Shown here piece after piece: positions 58,791-64,000 of a DNA stretch of 64,000 nucleotides. The notes beneath the pieces were generated by a model. That model saw only the letters and a list, made by a program, of their open reading frames with translations. It did not search any database and was not told the origin of the DNA. A program made the translations under genes and the position numbers. The stretch's first letter is position 1; the number at the start of each line of letters is the position of its first letter. This stretch comes from the human T2T-CHM13v2.0 reference genome, Homo sapiens, in NCBI RefSeq assembly GCF_009914755.1, contig NC_060937.1; one strand, 5' to 3'.

Positions 58791-61002
58791 GTGTCCTTGA
58801 AGGGAGGATGATGGGTGGAGTCTTCTATTTTGCCATCTTGCTCCACCTCCACCTCACCTGAGGCCTTTTACCTCTCTCTGAGGACCCGCCTAATGCGTAA
58901 TGCTGGTAACAGGTATTCATTTGGGAGAAGGTGTTGCAGTGATCTTCCCTTTTGCATAAGAATTTTGGAGGGGTCCTGAGATACTTTAATTAATTGAAGA
59001 ATAATCCCAAATGTTCTCCAGGAAAGTTTATGTTGTTTTGTTTATGCTGGTGGTTTACCTTAACCCAGAAAAGTTGCTGTGATCCAAAAAGGAGCAAGTT
59101 AAAGGGAGGAATGAAACAGGAATTCAGGATGAAAAAATGAGAAATCTTTCCAATGGTTGTTGTTTTGTTTATGATGAATGCCACGGATATCAGACATTCT
59201 TATGCAGAAGTGAGTTTAAAAGATCCAAAGCATTTCCACCGTTTTCTGTTTAAAGAGCAGCAACAAGAATCACACATGTTCCAACATGCAGTTTAGAGAG
59301 GCTAGAGGCACAGATATGGACAGACGTCCCTGCTCCTAACAGCTCTCTAAGGTCTGGTGGAGGATTCAGACACATGACCTGGCCTGGAGGATTGAGCTTC
59401 TGGATTGTCTGTAAGCTAGGCAATCCACTATTTAGTCTTTAGTACTGTAATAGAGGTCTCAGTAAGTGTGTACCTTGTTTGCCTACTTTATATATTTTTA
59501 TTTTGTGCGATACCAAATATTGTGGAAGGATTTCAGGTAGGAATTTTGAGTGTTGTTTTTGCATCAATTTATAAAGATGACGGTCTCTGAGCTTTGCAGG
59601 CAGTATGTCTATACCGTGTTGATTCATGTGCCTGGCTACAGGTCACCACACACTATACACTCTTGAGTTTGCTCTGGAGAAATCTCAATGAGCCACCTGA
59701 AACATAACCTGCTTTGTGGCTGGGTTCCTTAAAATCCAATATATTCTGAAGGATGTGATCAATAAGCAGATGGCTCAAGCCCATACACATGCCAAGAAAT
59801 GAGGCATCTAATTAACAGTTAGACAAGGGTGTGAGGGAATTGCAGAGGGGTGTGGAGGCCCTGCCTGGGCTGGGAGACCTCGGGATGGGAGAATCAGGGC
59901 TGGTTGTGTGACGTGTCGACACATAGTGGCTGTTGGAAGTGTGAACACAGTCGGGACCTTCAGGCTGTGCTCATTAGGGCTTTGCAAAATTCCCAATTAT
60001 CTCTTGACCTGGCCCTAAGCAAGGCCCCTTTCCATTGCCCTGGAAAAAAAAAATGAGTGAGTCAAAAAGGACACCTGATTTGACACGCTACATGGGTTTG
60101 GTTCTGAAGCTAGGCTAGTAGAACACAGAAATGAGGCATTCTTGTGCAACCAGTGATGACTACAGGAAGGATAAGTACCAGGAGCATCCGGTGTCACAGA
60201 GGCAAGGGCGGGCTTTTTGAGATGGCTGTATGGTGCCCCAAACAAAGGCCAGAAAGAGACGATTTGTGAGAAGAGACCAACGCGCCCCTTGCAAAGAATT
60301 CATAAGCAGTGTTTCAGTTAAACTGCAAATCTCATGGATGGTGTCAAAAGAGTGAGGACTCCTTTCCGTACACGTCTCACAGCTCAAACAGGAACAGAAA
60401 GAGGCTTTCTCTCTGTGTCTTGGAGAACCCACCACTAAGTGCTCCCTGGTGTCAGAGAAGGGAATTGGGCTCAGTGTGACAGCTTTCCCTGCTATATGTG
60501 AAATACATTATCAATCTGTTGTCAGCCTGATGCTCCCTAGCTGACTGTTTTGTTGTTGCGCTTCCAGTGTTACCCTGGGTTGGTCCCTGCGTGATGTTTC
60601 TAATATAAAATATGCAGATTGTGAAAGAGAAGACAATGCTTCGAGTCTGATCTATCCTAAGATGAATGTGCTAATGCTCCCAAGACCCATAAGACAGAGG
60701 AGGTCAAGAAGGTGCCTTGTGGTAGGCGATGCATCTTCAAATTCGTTGACACAGGCTCGTGAATTCAGATTAGCACTTGACCACAAATACACATGTTAAA
60801 ACAAAGTCACATTAAACATCTCTCTTCCTCAATCTCCTTTCCCAGCTTCCTTGCAGAGAAGAAATGCAAGAAGGTGAGTGAATAAAATCAGAGTTATTTG
60901 CTTTTTATTCTGAGGACAAAAGACAACTGGTTGGATTCCATGGGCACACAGTGATCTAAGGTTATAGTAACCAACAACTATGACTAAGAAAGTGATAGTC
61001 AT

Positions 61003-61424
61003 TGTGATAGTTAATTTTACATGTCCATTTGGCTAGGCTATGGTGCCCAATTGTTTTATCAAATGCTAGCTGGATGTTGCTGTGAAGGTGATTAACATTT
61101 AAATCCATAAGCTTTGAGTAAAGTTGATTACCGTCCATAATGTGAGTGGCCCTCATCCAGTTAGCTGAAGGACTTACGAGAATGATTGAGGTTTCTGGAA
61201 GAAGAAATTCTGCCTCAAGACTTTTAACATAGAGACTCTCAGCCTGCAGATTTTGGACTCAAGACTGCAACATCATCTTGTGCCTGAAATTCCAGTAGGC
61301 TGCCTTGCCCTACAGATTTTGGACTTGTCATCATCCCCCATAATGACATGAGTCAATTCCTTAACATAAATCTCTCCTATATATCCTACTGGCTCTGTTT
61401 TTCTGGATAACCCTGATTAACACA
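61003..61424 (+). mobile_element. ERVL LTR MLT2C/D-like solo LTR
   Basis: TGTGATAGTTAATTTTACATGTC..GAAGAAATTCTGCCTCAAGAC..CCCTGATTAACACA; TSD GTCAT/ATCAT. Confidence 0.88.
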
Positions 61425-61807
61425 ATCATTCTGTCTATTGTAGATGATCTGTCCTCCTTGACCACACTCATTGGCCAACACTAGCCTTATTACCTGCAAA
61501 CATGAGATAGCATGATCTATTGCCCAGAAAAGAGGATAGAATAGAGGCTATTTTTTTCCTCCCATCTCCCTGTTCCCCTGTCCTCTATCCTTATCTTAAT
61601 CTTTCCAACCTACTATTATGCTCCAAGAGTGTTACCTACTTTTATTATTTTCTGTCTTCAAAGTTAAAGAGTGCCTGAAAGTATGCAGATAATTCAAACA
61701 AAAAAGCAACACTTCCCTGTGTAATTATTCGCTCAACTCTTTGCCTTGGTGTAATTTATGTGCTCAACACTTTTCCTTGGAATCTTAGCTAAAGAAGACT
61801 TTTCTGG

Positions 61808-62104
61808 GGACTGGGCGTGGTGGCTGAAGCCTGTAATCCCAGCACTTTGGGAGGCCGAGGTGGGCGGATCACGAGGTCAGGAGATCAAGACCATCCTGGC
61901 TAACACGGTGAAACCCCATCTCTACTAAAAATACAAAAAAATTAGCCAGGTGTGGTGGCGGACACCTGTAGTCCCAGCTATTCAGGAGGCTGAGGCAGGA
62001 GAATGGCGTGAACCCAGGAGGCAGAACTTGCAGTGAGCCAAGATCGCATCATTGCACTCCAGCCTGGGCGACAGAGCAAGACTCTGTCTCAAAAAAAAAA
62101 AAAA
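61808..62104 (+). mobile_element. AluY-type
   Basis: GGATCACGAGGTCAGGAGATC, CTGGCTAACACGGTG, GAATGGCGTGAACC; imperfect TSD AAAGAA.ACTT..CTGG. Confidence 0.96.
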
Positions 62105-62878
62105 AAAGAACACTTCTGGAAACTGTTTTTCCTGGCAGTCCTTGGTCAAGTTGCTAATTTAATATTTTAGATGGTTTTGACATGGTTTAGAATGCAAAAT
62201 TATCATCTTTTAATATGTATTTGTTTGCAGAGAACCCATGGGCCTTAGTTCATTTCTGCACCCACAGAGAGGTTTAATCTCATTTAAATGCTAAACATCG
62301 CAGTGGTCAGGCATTAGGAACACTGCTAGGAAGGCTGCAACAAAACAAGTGTTTCCACTTAGTGTTATTTGGGGGTTACCATCCACATCATACAGGAAAT
62401 GGAGTGACAAATACCAATTTGAGAAAGGAACACAATGAAACTACATAATTCCTCTTGTAGGTTAGTTGATCTGTAACCAAGCCTTAAAAATTGACATTGA
62501 CATTGAACCACTGCCTGTGAAGGGAGAATGAGAAATAACCTCAAATCTGCCTCTAAATAAACCATCCATAGCTTAATTCAAGAGTTGGGATACCAGCTCT
62601 CTAGCATTCAAATGGAATTTAGGTATTTACTAGGCATACTGTGGGGGATTTTTAAGTTGAATGGGTAACATAGAGCATTGGGGCAAAATAATAGAATACG
62701 GTTGCTGGTTTCAATGACAGCATGGGTCTTTTCCACCAAGAGACTACAGTACAAAATTTAAATCAGGTAAACTGGTCCAATGTAGAAAGCAGGCAGTCAG
62801 GGAAGCATAGTTTAAGGGTGGCATTGAAATAGTTTTGCCACTTCAATTTGGTCACTAGCTTTTGGGATCAGAGTATAG

Positions 62879-63393
62879 TGTCAATGAAGAGAGTCAAATT
62901 CTGTAAAATATTTGAAGAGATTTATTCTGAGCCAAATATGAGTGACCATGGCTCATGACAGCCCTCAGGAGACCCTGAGAACATGTACCCAAGGTAGTTG
63001 GGGCACAGCTTGGTTTTATACACTTTAGGGAGACACAAGACATCAATCAAATACATTTAAGATATACATTGGTTCGATTCAGAAAGGTGGTACAACCTGA
63101 AGTGGCAGGGGGGTGGTGGCGGGGCAGCTTCCAAGTTATAGGTAGATTTAAACATTTTCTGATTGGCAATTGGTTGAAAGACTTACTATCAATAGAAAGA
63201 AATGTCTGAGTTATGATAAAATGTTGCTGAGACCAAAGTTTTATCATGCAGATGAAGCCTCCAGGTAGCAGGCTCTAGAGAGAATAGATTGTAAATGTTT
63301 CTTATCAGACTTAAGGTCTGTGTTGATGTTACATGCTGGTCAGCTCTTCCTGAATTCCAAAAGGGAGGTGGTATAACGAGGTATGTCTAACCT
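62879..63393 (-). mobile_element. ERV1 LTR MER4A1-like (partial)
   Basis: TGTCAATGAAGAGAGTCAAATTCTGTAAAATATTTGAAGAGATTTATTCTGAGCCAAATATGAGTGACCATGG..GATGAAGCCTCCAGGTAGCAGGCT. Confidence 0.88.
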
Positions 63394-63639
63394 CTCTAAG
63401 AGCTCCCTCTTAGAAACAAACAGACAAAACACACAACAAAAACCACACTTGTAAACCCATCGTCCCATCTCTCCACAGCTTGACTTCTTTTCATAATCCA
63501 GATTTGGCTTAGGGATCCAAGAGTCTTGAAAATATTTCCCATGCATTTATTCTGAAATTTGCCAAGGGTAATTTGACTCCTCCCTTTGGGTTTTGTGTTT
63601 ATGGTGCCTGAGATTTCAAATTTGACATTGTTAATTTTG

Positions 63640-64000
63640 TTCCCCACCTCCAATCAGCCTTGCCCACCTCAACAAATGTCCACTTCATTCTTTCGGTGGG
63701 GGTCACTCTGGACTTTGTTCTTTCTCTCAAATTGTCAGTCAACAACTCTGTCGGCCCTGCCTTTGAAATAAATTCATCTAGGATCCTGCCCCTCTTCACC
63801 ACTGCCACCACCATGCTGGCTAAAGCCACGGTTATTTCTCGTAGGTTAGGACAACACCTTCTGTCTGGTGTTGCCTCTACTGTCTAGTCTCCACACATAG
63901 CCAGAATACTCTTAAAACATACATCAGATACCATCATTTCTTAGCTTGCCATTCTCTAATGATGTCCCACAATTCTTAGAGTAACATCTCAAAATGTGAC
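63640..64000 (+). mobile_element. L2 fragment running off window end
   Basis: CCCACCTCAACAAATG..CCACTGCCACCACC..TCTCCACACATAGCCAGA..TCCCACAATTCTTAGAGTAA. Confidence 0.7.

Larger units (their letters stand above)
51131..58854 (-). mobile_element. Near full-length L1MA1/2-type LINE-1 (5' UTR, ORF1, ORF2, 3' UTR), decayed
   Basis: 5' end reads GGAGGTGGAGCAAGATGG on minus. ORF1 remnant ..DREFKIAILRKLKEIQDNTEKEFR; EN IAGDFNTPLSALDRS; [17 protein letters not shown]1MA-type 3' UTR at 51140-51347. TSD (T/C)(G/A)CCTGAG(T/G)CCTTTT at 51116-51130 and 58855-58869. Confidence 0.95.
50665..58990 (-). mobile_element. ERV1 MER4/MER41-group LTR split by L1 (pieces ~50665-51130 and 58855-58990)
   Basis: AGGTTTATT..TTTCCAAAGAGG..TTTAGTATTTATACATTT..TACATTTTACATAAGATAAGG; resumes after the L1 with CTTCCCTTTTGCATAAG..GGGTCCTGAGAT. 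Exact family uncertain. Confidence 0.65.

Noticed and set aside
51131-58854. Potentially active L1
   Set aside because: ORFs fragmented by stops and frameshifts, internal deletions, an Alu insertion and a mutated RT catalytic motif.
55366-62104. Inverted Alu pair as dsRNA/editing substrate
   Set aside because: The nearest opposite-orientation full Alus are ~6 kb apart and diverged; no transcript is established.

Overview
Primate (very probably human or great ape) non-coding, repeat-rich genomic DNA, intergenic or deep intronic. I find no supportable protein-coding gene, RNA gene, CpG island or CRISPR array. The listed ORFs are L1/Alu/LTR remnants, microsatellite read-through or chance. Roughly half or more of the window is interspersed repeat: an LTR12 3' end, several Alus (three AluY-type), a full-length L1MA-type element splitting an ERV1 LTR, a rearranged L1P4/PB-type fragment, old L1M/L2/MIR, MaLR/ERVL/ERV1 LTRs and hAT/Tigger MITEs. 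Subfamily names come from recalled consensus sequences and need RepeatMasker/Dfam confirmation. I see no evidence of a new biological system. The best second-look items are: an L1 with an RT deletion and an inverted templated patch; a tandem duplication across an Alu junction; deep TE nesting including an unassigned ~560 bp insert; candidate plus-strand lncRNA splice signals downstream of LTR12; and a few motif-dense unique segments (MEF2/AP-1, CTCF).
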